Source: Paraphysomonas bandaiensis
Lineage: Eukaryota; Protista; Chrysophyceae
NCBI GenBank assembly: GCA_965644295.1
Contig: CBFFRP010000202.1
Coordinates: 63,793-127,792 of the forward strand
DNA: 64,000 bases
Direction of reading: 5' to 3'
Shown here: positions 38,851-51,058 of the stretch, piece after piece
How the letters are laid out: every line of letters begins with the position of its first letter
How positions within the stretch are numbered: the first letter of the stretch is position 1
Made by a program: the position numbers and the translations under genes
Notes under the pieces: generated by a model
What the model saw: only the letters and a program-made list of their open reading frames with translations
Told to the model about the DNA's origin: nothing
The model's database searches: none

Positions 38851-39465
38851 TCCCATGAAGACACCTATCAGAGCCTTCATGATGATGGCCTTGAGTAAAT
38901 ACCCATCATGATGATGATGATGCATGAACGTCAGTTGACATATATATATACATACACAGCAGTTGATACAACAGCACCATGCAACAATCTAGAAGCAACA
39001 AGCGTGTATATATAGTCCCAAATTATACCTTCTTTTAGACTCCCAACCGTTCAAAATCCCTAATTTCCAGAATAAAACAGGATTTCTAGTGCTCTAAACT
39101 GATATTTTCTCCAACAAGAATGGATTTAGAGCATTATTATTCAAAATCCCTAATTTTCTGAAAATATAACTATAAAATCCTTGATTTTAAGTAATCCAAA
39201 TCTATAATATGGTAGTTTCTATATTCAACGGATGACGTGATGGGCAGCTTCTGCAGAACAGTGTGGACATTGAAGGCAACTGCAGTGAGATGCACTCCGA
39301 GTGCCGCCACGTTTAGTCGAATTTTCTAAGAATGTGAGATCTAGTTTGATACTCTCCTCATCCAGATCATAATTATTTGCAATCTGAACGCAATAGAGTG
39401 AAGTTATTCAATACAAAGTGTACTCAACGAGCCTCATAATCAAAGCCGTATCTTAATAAGAAACG

Positions 39466-39726
39466 ATGGAAACTGTAAAGGATCACTACAATGCTGCAAA
39501 GGAGACTGTATCCAATGCAATCGGTGATTATTCAGACAAGGTTGAGCAACAGAAGAATGAGAGGGAGACTCAGGAAAGGGCCGAGGAGCTGAAGGATAAG
39601 GCGAAAGACACCGCACAGAGTGCTGCTGATACAGCTAAAAAGACTGTCGAGTCGGCTACAGACAGAGCAGCGAAAACTGCAGCATCTGCGGAACAAGCCG
39701 TTGGTGCTGATAATAGTGGGAAATAA
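39466..39726 (+). CDS. Small hydrophilic LEA (group 3)-like protein, 86 aa
   Basis: A/K/E/D/T-rich with no C, W, F or P; 11-mer periodicity AEELKDKAKDT-AQSAADTAKKT-VESATDRAAKT. Confidence 0.75.
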   Translation: METVKDHYNAAKETVSNAIGDYSDKVEQQKNERETQERAEELKDKAKDTAQSAADTAKKTVESATDRAAKTAASAEQAVGADNSGK

Positions 39727-39951
39727 AGTTGTTGCCAGAAATATTTTCCAGCTGAAAAGTGTAGATATTATTCGACGATTCTGAGTTGTATACACCATTC
39801 CGATAATGTGGCTAGTGTAGGAGGTAGATAGATATAATCATAGACTGTAACCACAATAAATAAAACGATATTTTGACATGATTACGTATTATTGCGTGAC
39901 TAAGTACACCAATCTAGGTATCCATAGATACTATGGTTGCATGAGATAGAG

Positions 39952-39990
39952 CAGGGATAAGGAACAATATATCGCAATACTATTGTTTGA
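39952..39990. mobile_element. Solo terminus of the hAT-MITE family at 16437-16816
   Basis: CAGGGATAAGGAACAATATATCGCAATACTATTGTT vs CAGGGCTAGGGAACAATATATTGCAATACTATTGTT (reverse complement of the 16816 end). Confidence 0.7.
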
Positions 39991-40630
39991 TAGAGTACCA
40001 GGATGATGCACAATTCAATTGGTAAGATATACAAAACTGTAGTATTCTAAAGTATTACACAAAGTGGAAGTATTTTGAAAAACACGGCTGAAGCTTATAT
40101 TCCCTCATGTGTACTGACTTGTTCTGCAGTCACACGGTATTTCGTATTTCGATCAGTTCATTGGACACATCATACTCTCTAGATACCCTACAACACAGAA
40201 GACGTATTTCTATAAACAAACTCTAATTAATGGTATATATGTATATATATATATGAAGAAACTTTACCCATTTGTCTATGGATAATGAGTTTATATTTTA
40301 TATACTCCAGAAACGTTAACTGTAGTCTAGCAATATACTCAATCAGTTGAATTTCAAGTAGCCACCCGCCCTCTCTACCAGCGATATCCTTTCCCTTTCC
40401 TTGACAAAGAACAAGGCTAACGCCAAAAGAAAATATACTTGCAATGTGTTATTGATTAACGTGCATGGTAAAATGTTAACATGGTTGAGCTATAATACTT
40501 CCGGCACCGAAATAACCAACAGTTGCAACACTAGCTACAGAGACCATCGCCGCATCAACTCGCATATCATAACATATCGCCGATACTATCACAAGGCATC
40601 TACAGCTATTAATAACAGTAAAGCAGATAT

Positions 40631-41461
40631 CTATCCCTCCTTGCCGAGAGCAGGGAGGGTCTTGGCGAATGTAGCAGGGCCCTGGATAGCTCCCAGGCAG
40701 TTGAAGCCAATCAAAAGCACAAAGAACATAAATAAGCCCGTCATAAGGCCAGTAAATATGTCCGGGGTGAGGTAGAGGTAGGTGTTCTGAGAGTATATGG
40801 AGAATTCGGTACCTTCTGGCAGGTAGTCGTCGCCCTCAGAGATGTCACTTGTCAAAAGACGATGGTAGTTACCGGGTGTCTCAGGGGCAACGCCAGCAGG
40901 GTTCTGAAGAGCAACGAATAAGGCATTACCTTGAGAAACAGAAAGATCAAGGATATCCTTGTACGTGGCTTCCGAATTGACGTCACTGGGTACATTAACT
41001 AAAAACGAATCCAGCACACCATTGCTGAGAATATCTTTCGACTGAGATAATAAATCCACCATCTCCGATGGAGTTACACTCTTCATATTCTGCAAGGAAT
41101 CAGATTCGGCAAATCTCTGGCAAATGCTTTGTTGAGTATTATGAACCGCATGATACACATTCGGTAATATGGTCGCATCACCAGATTGTTGAATACTTGC
41201 AGATAATGCCGACTGCTGATGGAAATCATTCGTTTTCTCATTATCTGAACAAAACATCACAAGAATTTCTTTTTTAGATGCTTCATTATCAAGTAATTCA
41301 GCTACTTTATCAGTAGTAGTCGTTTGAGTGATGTATGTAGCTGGTTTAGTAGACGGGCTGGTATTAGGGGACCATAATATAGCTCTGCCTGGTGCATTGA
41401 CCTGTGCACCATACACGGATACAGATAATAGACAAGCAGTTACTGTTAATGCACGAATCAT
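40631..41461 (-). CDS. V-ATPase accessory subunit Ac45/Voa1-like type I membrane protein, 276 aa
   Basis: N-terminal signal peptide, luminal domain, and C-terminal TM segment YLTPDIFTGLMTGLFMFFVLLIGFNCLGAIQGPATF typical of the Ac45-VOA1 TM motif. Confidence 0.75.
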   Translation of the reverse strand: MIRALTVTACLLSVSVYGAQVNAPGRAILWSPNTSPSTKPATYITQTTTTDKVAELLDNEASKKEILVMFCSDNEKTNDFHQQSALSASIQQSGDATILPNVYHAVHNTQQSICQRFAESDSLQNMKSVTPSEMVDLLSQSKDILSNGVLDSFLVNVPSDVNSEATYKDILDLSVSQGNALFVALQNPAGVAPETPGNYHRLLTSDISEGDDYLPEGTEFSIYSQNTYLYLTPDIFTGLMTGLFMFFVLLIGFNCLGAIQGPATFAKTLPALGKEG

Positions 41462-41786
41462 TGGAACAATGGAATAGTAATGTAATATAGTATAGATTGC
41501 AAAAGAGTGGTAGCTAACTGTGTATATATGTGCAAGTATATATATATATGCAGTCGTCTATATGCATCAGAGCATATATGTATGTATATATATGTATGCA
41601 TCTAGATATAGACATAAACACACGTATATACAGTGAGGAGGCTACTGCTGTATATTTACGTCACAAAAAAAACAATTTGTGAAAAAAAATATGTATTTAG
41701 CATCCATATCTTTAGTGGTCAAAAACTGAAAATACAACTTATCTTCCTCTACACAACTACAAGATACGTATTCCAAATATGATATA

Positions 41787-44700
41787 ATGGTATCTTCAAA
41801 GGTCATCACTGAATATAATACTATAAATATAAGGGTACTATCTGCTACTCGTGATGATACAATTAATCGTTTTACTCTCAGACTCTCCCATGTATGTATG
41901 TATGTATATATATGTATGTGTATGTATGTGTATGTATGTATAGGCAGATCTCTTAAGGACAATATATAGATAGATAGATTGATATTACGGGCCATTGAAT
42001 GCCTATTGGATTATTCTTATCATGTCTATAGTATTGTAATTACTCAATTTCATGTACTGAATATACCATTGACTCAATAACTAAGTAACTGTATAGATAT
42101 CTAGATATATACATACATATCGCTAAATATGTATAGAAACAACGATCACGACAGTCAAAACATGCCTATGAACAGTCATAGATCGGTATAATATATCTAT
42201 TAATGATTTTATTAATAGTTTCTAATATATGTATGTATATGTATGTATATGTAGGATGTATCCGCACTCAGTCAACACTTTAATGAAGAAGACAATGAAG
42301 AATATTCTCTTATGACAGATGATGCTTCATTGAATTCAACTATGCCTGATTTTCAAAGTGTTCATAATACATATACACGGGGGTTATTGAAAGGACGGCA
42401 TCCTCGTTCATTCCCTCGTCAGTCAGAACTCTGGCATCACTAGTTGAGTTGCACGCTATAAACTTATTATGTGGCTCAAATGTATTATACAGCAAGTCGT
42501 CATCTAAACGATTAGAGCGTGTTACCAAGGGGCATAAATTGTGGAGTGTTATTGCCGAATCAGAAGAAGATGTTCATGCCACCGCGTCGAAAATGAATAC
42601 TGAACTCAACCAACAGAAGCGAAATACATCATCGAAGTATTCCGAAGTGGGCTCCAGTTACATTCCAAAGGAGCCATTGCATGGCCTTCATGTTGATTTG
42701 AAGGTTTGAGTTTACTACTATGCAGCTGTCTCCATTTCAGATGCTTCTCACTATATAGGGGTCATTTCGCATGCATTATGGAATGAATATAGTCTTAATG
42801 AACTCGCTGGATGAAGTACTCTGTGTAAATCAACACCACGAAGTGATGTGTAAAACTGAGGACCAGCTTGAATACGGCGACGAAATATGCTTTAAATTAA
42901 TCGATTTAACAGAGCCCACAAACCCAGGTGACAATACTGTATTGGATTCGCTATTGCGTACCTCTGACCAATACATATAGGTCCTATAGCATATGGTAAG
43001 CCTGTGTGGCTGCAGGCTTTGAGGTCTGAGGGCGATAATAGCATATATTATGGTTTTGTTGTGGGCGCTAAGGTGATGATTCATCTACTATATTTAATTG
43101 CATATACTGATGTGTATTCAGCTCTTTGGACCACCGGAAATGAAATCGGAAAAGTTTTTTGAGGTATGGAGAGAAAATGATGAATGCAAAAGAGATGTCA
43201 CATTGATGTAGTATACTAAACGGAAGTCTGCGAAGCCTAGTGAGAGTGAGAAGAAATCGCCACAAACTAGTAACGTTACACCATATGGCTCTCCAGTGTC
43301 TGAAAAAGGTGACACGAGTCCGGAAGATTCGAACGGAATGATGGAATCCACTATGTTAACGGAAGGTACATATGTATTTTGGTGAGATATTACACCATCA
43401 CATTGATCGCAGTTCCACCTTCAACTGGGGAAGCTATGGGTAGTAATGAGACACGTACTTCGGAAGCAAGCGGAGCTGATAACTTACCTAGTAAATATTC
43501 GCGTAAGAAGAACACAGACAAGGCGGAGTTAAAGAAAAAGAAGAGTGGAAAGTCGACAGAGCAGGCTGAAATATGTGGCGCATTAGGTACTTTACAGGCT
43601 TTTAGTGGTAGTAAAGATGAAAAGTCTTACGGCATGCATCAACATCAACTCCATCAACAGCAACAAATGCAGGTCGAACACTGCATATACATTGGATATA
43701 AAGTATAAATTCGTGTTGTAGGGGGATGATCAAACTAGATTTAAAAGCAGACAAGCTTCGTGAGTAGCGTTTTTTGTTTGTGTGTAATATGTAATGTATT
43801 TCTGCAACAGACATCTTGCCATGTGGACAGTTCAGTCGGCGTTAAAGAGTGGTGCACCAGGTGAGACTATGTGAAATGTTATCTTCATACTGTGGAGTAA
43901 TAAGCGATCTGACAACAGAAAAGTTTGTTACAAGCTGCACACCTATATACCTTGAGCAGGATCTTTATTGTCTGGCCACATCACACGGCAATACGTAAGA
44001 AATGCAACTTCAATCTTTTGCAGAATTACCTAAATGTGACCCATTGCAATACAGCTATAATCCCTGGCCACGTACTGTTGAGGTAGACATAGTATCAGCT
44101 GGAATAAGTCGGAAGCAAATGATAAAACAACAACAAGCTTTAGCGTCAAAAAAGAACACTCTCTTCGATACTCTAAATAGCTTTCAGAGTGCTTATTCTC
44201 CAGGGGGGCATGAAACTGATGCTTTTAATAATACATCGACTAGCACAGCAAGGTGAAATGCTACTATTCTACTCCGTGAGATAATAACTTGAATTAGTGC
44301 TGCTTCTGTGGATACTACAACACAGCCGGCCAAAGCCTTGACAACATTTACCCATAGTCTTCCACATGGCTGTCTGCGAAGAGTAGTTAAAAGGGTACAT
44401 TTATCTATTGTTATATTAATAATACGTAACCTGTATTCATAGGGTGCACCATATGAGCACTTGGTTGATAGGAGGTACGTTATGCACTAATTAAAATGGT
44501 GTGCTGATAGATACATATTCAACAGATGCGTGTGGAAATTCTGCGTTGTTGATAACCCTAGGGATTTGAAGTTACTCTCTGTGAAGGAGCAACGAGCCCA
44601 GAAGCTCTTACGAAAGGTATTGTAACTGCATGAAAAATTTCAAGCGTAGTAAACATCTACTTCTACGTTAGGCCAGAGCTGGACTGAACAAATCTAAGCA

Positions 44701-45860
44701 CAACAGATTAGGTGGTCGGGTTCATGAGGGTAAGCATGTGGGGGTGCTTATTTGGTTGTATTTGGTTATTTACTGGCTTCATAGGATATGTATTACCTGA
44801 CGGAGAAACGCTTACTGGTGGTGAAAAGTTCCCTACAATGTTGAGGACAATTGTTTCTACAACAACTTTGCGAATGGAGACAGACGACATGATATCGAGG
44901 CGTCAGAAAGTTAGTTTTTAAAACTATTTGTCGGTGTCTTGTGGTTTACAGTGCCATTGTAGGAAGAAGATATTGCGTCACACATCAAGGATATGTTTAG
45001 GGGGTGCAATGTGGATGAAATTGAGAAGTATGCCGATGGGACACTGTCCGTATCGTCCTCTGCCAAAATGAGAAGGAAAAAATCTGAGCGTGATATTAGT
45101 ACTCCAGGGTCACCTGATCCTCGTGCACAGAAAGGGTACTACATACTAATTCATATTTTTCATTGGTTATATTTTCGGCTTAGAAGTGGGTTTGCTGCAT
45201 CAACAAGAGGGCCTCGCAGAGCTGAAATAAACAGATTAAGATCGAAACCTGTGAGCCAAACCGTTTATATAATATAATTTTTGCCTTAATTGCGTTTCGT
45301 TTTAGGAAAAAGCAGTTGATGAATCTGCACCTCGGGATCTAAAAAATTTTTCTTTTGGAGGAGAGATGTTAAAAATTCATCAGTCATTTGCTGCTGTCAA
45401 CGCTAAAGTCACGGTGTGTCAAATTTCCTATTGTCAGGCGGTGTGATGACGATGTATCTGTAAAACACAGGGTAGCTTGATGACGAGGAGCTACATGAAC
45501 TCTTATGAAGGAGGAAAATATCAAACACAAAGTGTTTCTGATAAGTCTAATTCGGGATCACCTGTGGGATCCGAATCCACGTTTCCGTCACTCAGTAATA
45601 GCAGTATTTCAAATTCTAATCCATCATTGGGAAGACTATCACATAAAATGGAGTTATTGGCACAAGAAGATCAACGAGTTTTACTGGTATAGTATTTTAC
45701 ATAGGGCAACGATGAAATTAACTATTTTATTACTTAGGCATTAAGGCACAGAGAGCAGATGAGCAAGCGTACGGATATTGGATCACTTTTTGATGACCTG
45801 GTAGGTGAAGATATATACTCTAAGAATAGCCAAAAGAAGCATCACTTTTCGTCGGGGTAA
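41787..45860 (+). CDS. Large multi-exon hypothetical protein (5' exon structure unresolved)
   Basis: A chain of coding-like segments separated by short GT-AG introns (LHVDLK|GSFRMHYG..PTNP|GPIAYGKPVWLQ..|..KKHHFSSG*). The first exons could not be put in frame with confidence. Confidence 0.55.
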
Positions 45861-46163
45861 ATGTGAATCGTAAAATCACAATACCACTTAGGATAGTTTG
45901 TTGTGGACTTTGTGTGTAATGCGTCGTGTTCGTGACTTCGTGTGGATAATAATGAAATCATCTTATTAGAGCTCGGGTTTTTTAAATTTATGGTTAGCAT
46001 AATTTCTAGCGAATAAAATATTCGATCACAATCAGAATGAATACCATTTCGATTCCGCTAGAATGATAAAAGTGACAAATTCATTTAAGTTAATTTTACG
46101 ATATACAGTTAAATTTGGCATAGATATACGTTAAGTGCTGTTATATTGATTCTTAATGTCTAT

Positions 46164-46378
46164 TTATACACAATGCTTCTACTTTTCTTAACACTGCTTT
46201 CGAAAAGACAGTCGAAAAGATTGAATGTGGCAATGAAGCCGTACATACTCGGATCATATTAAAATATTTTGCTCGATGAGGATAGAGAAGATGATGACAG
46301 TAAGAGTCTAGTTCAGAATGACAATGCAACGCAACGTTAGATTGATGGTAGCAGACAGTGGAAGCGATCACGTCTTAA
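46164..46378 (+). mobile_element. Degenerate hAT fragment (left copy of a ~215-bp direct repeat)
   Basis: Aligns by eye with 49438-49658 and with ~11990-12190. Confidence 0.75.
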
Positions 46379-46548
46379 CAGGGGGCGATAATAATATTTT
46401 TATGACCAATAATAATTAACAACTATGTTGCAATATATTAATATATATTAGGCACTAAGAAGAAATGAGCTCGATCGGTAGTAGTAACGTAGTAATTAGT
46501 TAGTAGAGGTTACAACACAATGATGACTACCCAATAGCAATGGGGCAA

Positions 46549-48249
46549 CTAGTACTGTAAGTGTTCCAACTCTTCGTCACTGTCGTCCTCATTCTCGTCC
46601 TGATCGGACGGTCCATCATCGATGACCTGTTGCACTGTCTTTGCGGTCCACAAGTGCTTGTTGAAGCGAAGGAACAGAAATAGTTCGAGGCGTCGTGTGG
46701 TCATTCCTTGTCGCAAGTGTGTCGTGATAATCTTGGCTCTGCTGAACAAACGCTCCACAACGTTTGTTGTACAGTAAACGTGCTTGGTCGATCGATACTT
46801 GGTGTCAAGCTGTCGTCGTAACTTCTTGCTGGCTCTGTGACTTTCAAAAGCAGCAGCAGCGTTTCTTACATTTTCCACTTCGACTGCACTATCCAGTGAA
46901 TCAGCTTCTTCTGCATTCATTCGAAATCTCGCAACCGCATCTCTCTCTTGACGAGTCAGAGATTCCTCGTATCCATTCTGAATCTTCACAATGGCCTTTT
47001 CGAAGGTAGGGTTTTGAACGATATCAGCATCTACGGAGAGGTGGGAAGCTGTGACAGGGAATTTTTCTATGAGCATATCAAACTGATGGCGAACCTCACT
47101 CATGTCCAACTGCAGGTCACCTTCTTGTTGTAACAGCATAGACACGCAGTTAAATTCCTTCAATTCTTCCCGCAGCTGCAAAATTCGTGAATGCTCCGCT
47201 CTCGAAGGGATCAGCAGCAAAACTTTATCATCCAAGTTGCAGTCGGGCAGCTTCTCTTCAATCTCCACATAGCGATTGACCATAGCAAATAAAGAACCCC
47301 ATTCTGTGCTGCTGAGAAGAGCCTCCTTGACCCCTCGTTTCCTCAGTTTACTGCTGTTCTTGAGTGTTCTCAAAGCTTTAGAAAGAGTTGATATTTTGTT
47401 GATGAGTCCTTGATAATGAGTGTCAATGAAAGTCATCACTGCTAGATTTAGCCTGTAAGAAGCGCAGCCAACCAGAGGAACGACTTTTCCAATCTTAAGC
47501 CCAATAAGTCTTGCCAATTTAGGGTTAGTTGCTGTGTTATCGCCTGATATAAATTCGATGGAGTCAAAGTTATGGCCAACCGAAGTAAGTTCATCAAGGA
47601 TATAATCACCCAGCGATTCCGCAGTGAGGTCGATATTTGCTTCGTCCTCGTCATCAAGTTCATCTTGAACGCAACAACATAATAATCTCCTCTGAATCTT
47701 ATCAGTCCCATCAGTCCAAGAAGCGAAAATAGCAAAGTAATGCTCGTGATCACATGAATACCCATCAACAATCAGACCAAATGTTTTGGGTAAATCTGAC
47801 TTTAAATATGTTTCAACTTTCTTACCAATTGCATCCATATATTTTAATAAAGTTCTTTTAGAAATTAATTGTAATGTACTATAATTTCTAGTTAATGAGT
47901 TATGAATAAAATTAAATGAAAGATCATCCATAATGATCCATTCTAACCATCTATAAATATTACTAGCTTTAATTGATATTTTCCTTGAATAAAAATCAAT
48001 GATTGTATATGCTTTTGTTGTTGTTGCTGCTGCTGCTGTTGTTGCTGTTGTTGTTGTCTCTCTATTAGAAGTATGAATAATAGATTCCCAGTTGCGATAA
48101 GTCTTCACATGATTAAGGAGGTTACTGTAGCCTGTTCCTTGACGTTGTATATATGATTTCAAACAATAATTACATAACCATTTATCAGAATCATCAATAT
48201 GTTGAGTATAAAATGATTGAATGATATGTTTTGTTGATACCATTCTCAC
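46549..48249 (-). CDS. hAT-family transposase-like protein (BED finger, RNase H-like DDE core, C-terminal dimerisation motif), 566 aa
   Basis: WLCNYC..YSNLLNHV (BED-like), FGLIVDGYS, ISGDNTATN, LVGCASYRLNLAV, TEWGS, TTNVVERLFSRAK..LELFLFLRFN. Confidence 0.9.
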   Translation of the reverse strand: MRMVSTKHIIQSFYTQHIDDSDKWLCNYCLKSYIQRQGTGYSNLLNHVKTYRNWESIIHTSNRETTTTATTAAAATTTKAYTIIDFYSRKISIKASNIYRWLEWIIMDDLSFNFIHNSLTRNYSTLQLISKRTLLKYMDAIGKKVETYLKSDLPKTFGLIVDGYSCDHEHYFAIFASWTDGTDKIQRRLLCCCVQDELDDEDEANIDLTAESLGDYILDELTSVGHNFDSIEFISGDNTATNPKLARLIGLKIGKVVPLVGCASYRLNLAVMTFIDTHYQGLINKISTLSKALRTLKNSSKLRKRGVKEALLSSTEWGSLFAMVNRYVEIEEKLPDCNLDDKVLLLIPSRAEHSRILQLREELKEFNCVSMLLQQEGDLQLDMSEVRHQFDMLIEKFPVTASHLSVDADIVQNPTFEKAIVKIQNGYEESLTRQERDAVARFRMNAEEADSLDSAVEVENVRNAAAAFESHRASKKLRRQLDTKYRSTKHVYCTTNVVERLFSRAKIITTHLRQGMTTRRLELFLFLRFNKHLWTAKTVQQVIDDGPSDQDENEDDSDEELEHLQY

Positions 48250-48278
48250 TCTCTCTCACTCTCACACACACACACACA

Positions 48279-48320
<42 letters not shown>

Positions 48321-48370
48321 GCATATATATGTATGCTATACACACTTGTTGGTTAAGACTAAGAGATACG

Positions 48371-48517
48371 TCTTGGCATCTTTTGTATATTTTTGTTCAA
48401 AAATGCCTCTAATATTGAGATAATAATTATATGTAGACCAGACGTAGATGTATGTAGGTAATATAGAGTATATTTGCTTCAATTTATTTCCGAAAAATAT
48501 GATGCTGACTGCCAATA
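48371..48517 (-). mobile_element. ~145-bp MITE-like dispersed repeat, copy 2
   Basis: Reverse-complement match to 20880-21026. Confidence 0.75.
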
Positions 48518-49437
48518 CTTACGAAGTAAGAGAGATATGGCTGGGATTTTGCTATTGAGAAGAAGAGAATGATAAAAAACCAGATTTACATGTATGTAAA
48601 ACTAAAAGCAGGATTTTCGAGAGTTATTTTCTAGAATCCCCTGGTTTTTCACTCAAATATGTCACAAAACTGCACATTTTCAAGATAATAATCGGCATAT
48701 TGTCTACAGAATCCAGAGACAGCTTCACATACAGGATACGATGCGATACTTCTAGTAGTAAAGAGGAACGCAGGCTGATATGATCATAACCTCACTGGGA
48801 ATACATGAGCTCATAGTTCTTTCATGCTACATGCTGCTGATTGTTGATTTAGCTGGTGAAAGGTATGGTGAAGTGGCAATCATACAGGAGAGTTGGTCTA
48901 TTACGCCAATCGAAGGGATCGATCGTGTATGCTAGTCGTGGCAGTCTGTAAGCTTCTTCCTGTTAGTTCAAAGACAGAGATAGCAGAGTTGATTCCATGA
49001 CCATGACTGTCATATAGCACCAGAGGACATTCAGGAAATATGATCGGATGATATTGTAGATATATTCAATTGAGTGGTTCGAAACAGAGCATATGAATAT
49101 ACTCATACTGCAGAGCTGATCGTCAGAAAGACTCACATAAGAATAACTCCACTAGCTCCCAATCACCTGCTAAGAAGCAGAAGCATTGGGCACTTCAGAT
49201 GTCTTCACCGCCAATCTGAGTTCGTCCAAGCCATCTTAAACCGACCTTAAAATCGAAATAAATTCTGAAGTACGATACTGATACAGAATTTATTTTCTAA
49301 GACACACTAGCATGAGCAATATATATATATATATTGCAATATATTGCGAGGCCAAATTTTGCTAAAATAATAATCAATATATTGTATCAATCAAAACTAA
49401 ATTATATTGTAATCCAATATATTGTTGACTGGCCCCG

Positions 49438-49933
49438 TTATACACAATGCTGCTATTTTTCTTAACGCTGCTTTCGATAAGACAGTCGTAAAGATTTAAT
49501 GTGGCAATGAAGCCGCACATATTCGGACGGAAAAGGTTCAAACTAAAATATTTTTGCTCGATGAAGAAGATGATGACAGTGAGAGTCTAGTTCAGAATGA
49601 CGACGCAGCGCAACGTTTGATTGATGATAGCAGACAGCGGAAGCGAGCATGTCTTAACCAGCAAACTCGTTACCGCAGCATGAAGCACTTGCATGCCACA
49701 ACCAATAAGGTTGAAAGGTTGTTCATTAGAGCTAAGATTGTTATGACGGATTTGTGCAAGAGTATGACTCCTCGGCATTTGGAGCTACTTATGTTTTACG
49801 CTATATACGTACATAGGTCCGTAGTTTAGTGTTTAACGTCAAATTTATTGCAATAATCGAGATTGAGACAGCAAGTAATAATCGCAATTATTATTGGCTA
49901 CAACCTGCGTCAATTAATTGATACGCAGCCCTG
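49438..49933 (+). mobile_element. Degenerate hAT 3' fragment with right terminus
   Basis: Encodes TRYRSMKHLHATTNKVERLFIRAKIVMTDLCKSMTPRHLELLMF and ends GATACGCAGCCCTG; same family as 11880-12478. Confidence 0.85.
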
Positions 49934-50036
49934 ATATATTACATTCCAACACTTTTGTTGATTGTGAATCAACAGCAATGCCAAAAATATGGAACGCACA
50001 CCCAATCAAATATCAAATTTCACTTTTACTACAATC

Positions 50037-50951
50037 CTAATTTGTAGGAATTGCTGATAACTCTATAAATTTGTGCACAACGTGACTATGCAGCACAGCT
50101 TCCGCGGCAACACATCTCTTACTCTTTATGAGGGCAAATGCCTCTTTTTCTGGAAGTCCTTCAGCTATAAGAAAGCACAGGGCAACAGTAACAGCTCTCC
50201 CACGACCTCCTTTGCAATGAACAAACACACGACTCTGCGGATTCTTCTTAATAAATTCTTGCATAAAGCGAACTGCTCTAATAGTATCAGTAATATCTGG
50301 TTCCCATATGTCCATTGTCGGCAAATGCAATTGCACAATATCGCTTGCCGAATAGAGTTCTTTCGGTCCACTATACTCCCAGCACATATTCACAACGGAG
50401 CGAACGCCACGTTCAAGTAAGACAGGAACGTCTGATGCCAATGGAATAGATCCCAGACTTACATTATCAGTAATTTCAGAGTAGAATGGCTGTAGATATG
50501 TAAGAATACATCAATAGTATAACGATATAATAAAATCTACCTCTAGAGCACGTCGGCCTATCAAGGACATTATATGGATCCATATCATAATCGGTATTTC
50601 ATATAGTAAACACTGTACAATTAACATAACTAGTGAAGGTTGACCTTTTGTAGGTTTAGTTAATATAAATACTAGAGGTGCATAGAGACCAAGAAACATC
50701 CATTGCCATCCAATTATAGTCAATGGACTAAAGAGAAATAACAACCATATACCCCATATAAGTGCTGCATATATACCATTAATAATAGATGTATGTATCC
50801 CTTTAATACATAAATATATGAATGGTATGACAGATATGTATATATACTCAGAAAAAAACAAGAGTAATAAACAAGTAACAGTTATAGAATAGTATATAGT
50901 AGAATAAGAATGAAAGACATGTGAGGATATACTTTGATTAGTATGAGACAT
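50037..50951 (-). CDS. PTPMT1: PTPMT1-like dual-specificity / phosphatidylglycerophosphate phosphatase with hydrophobic N-terminal extension (2 exons)
   Basis: Spliced RALE|PFYSEITDNVSLGSIP, GVRSVVNMCWEY, QLHLPTMD and P-loop VFVHCKGGRGRA. Orthology tentative. Confidence 0.75.
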
Positions 50952-51058
50952 ATTGTATTATGTATGATTAAGTGGAATAAGAGTGAAGGAATGGGTAGGA
51001 TTGCTGCCTGTGCTTACTATGCATGATATGGAGACCCATGTATGGATAGCATAAAGCA

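Larger units (their letters stand above)
46379..49437 (-). mobile_element. hAT-like element carrying the 566-aa ORF; degenerate termini
   Basis: Left CAGGGGGCGATAATAATAT vs right reverse complement CGGGGCCAGTCAACAATAT. TTGCAATATATT subterminal motifs near both ends. No 8-bp TSD. Confidence 0.55.

Noticed and set aside
48700-49240. Coding-like, stop-riddled segment inside the hAT-like element
   Set aside because: No recognisable motif; left unannotated.
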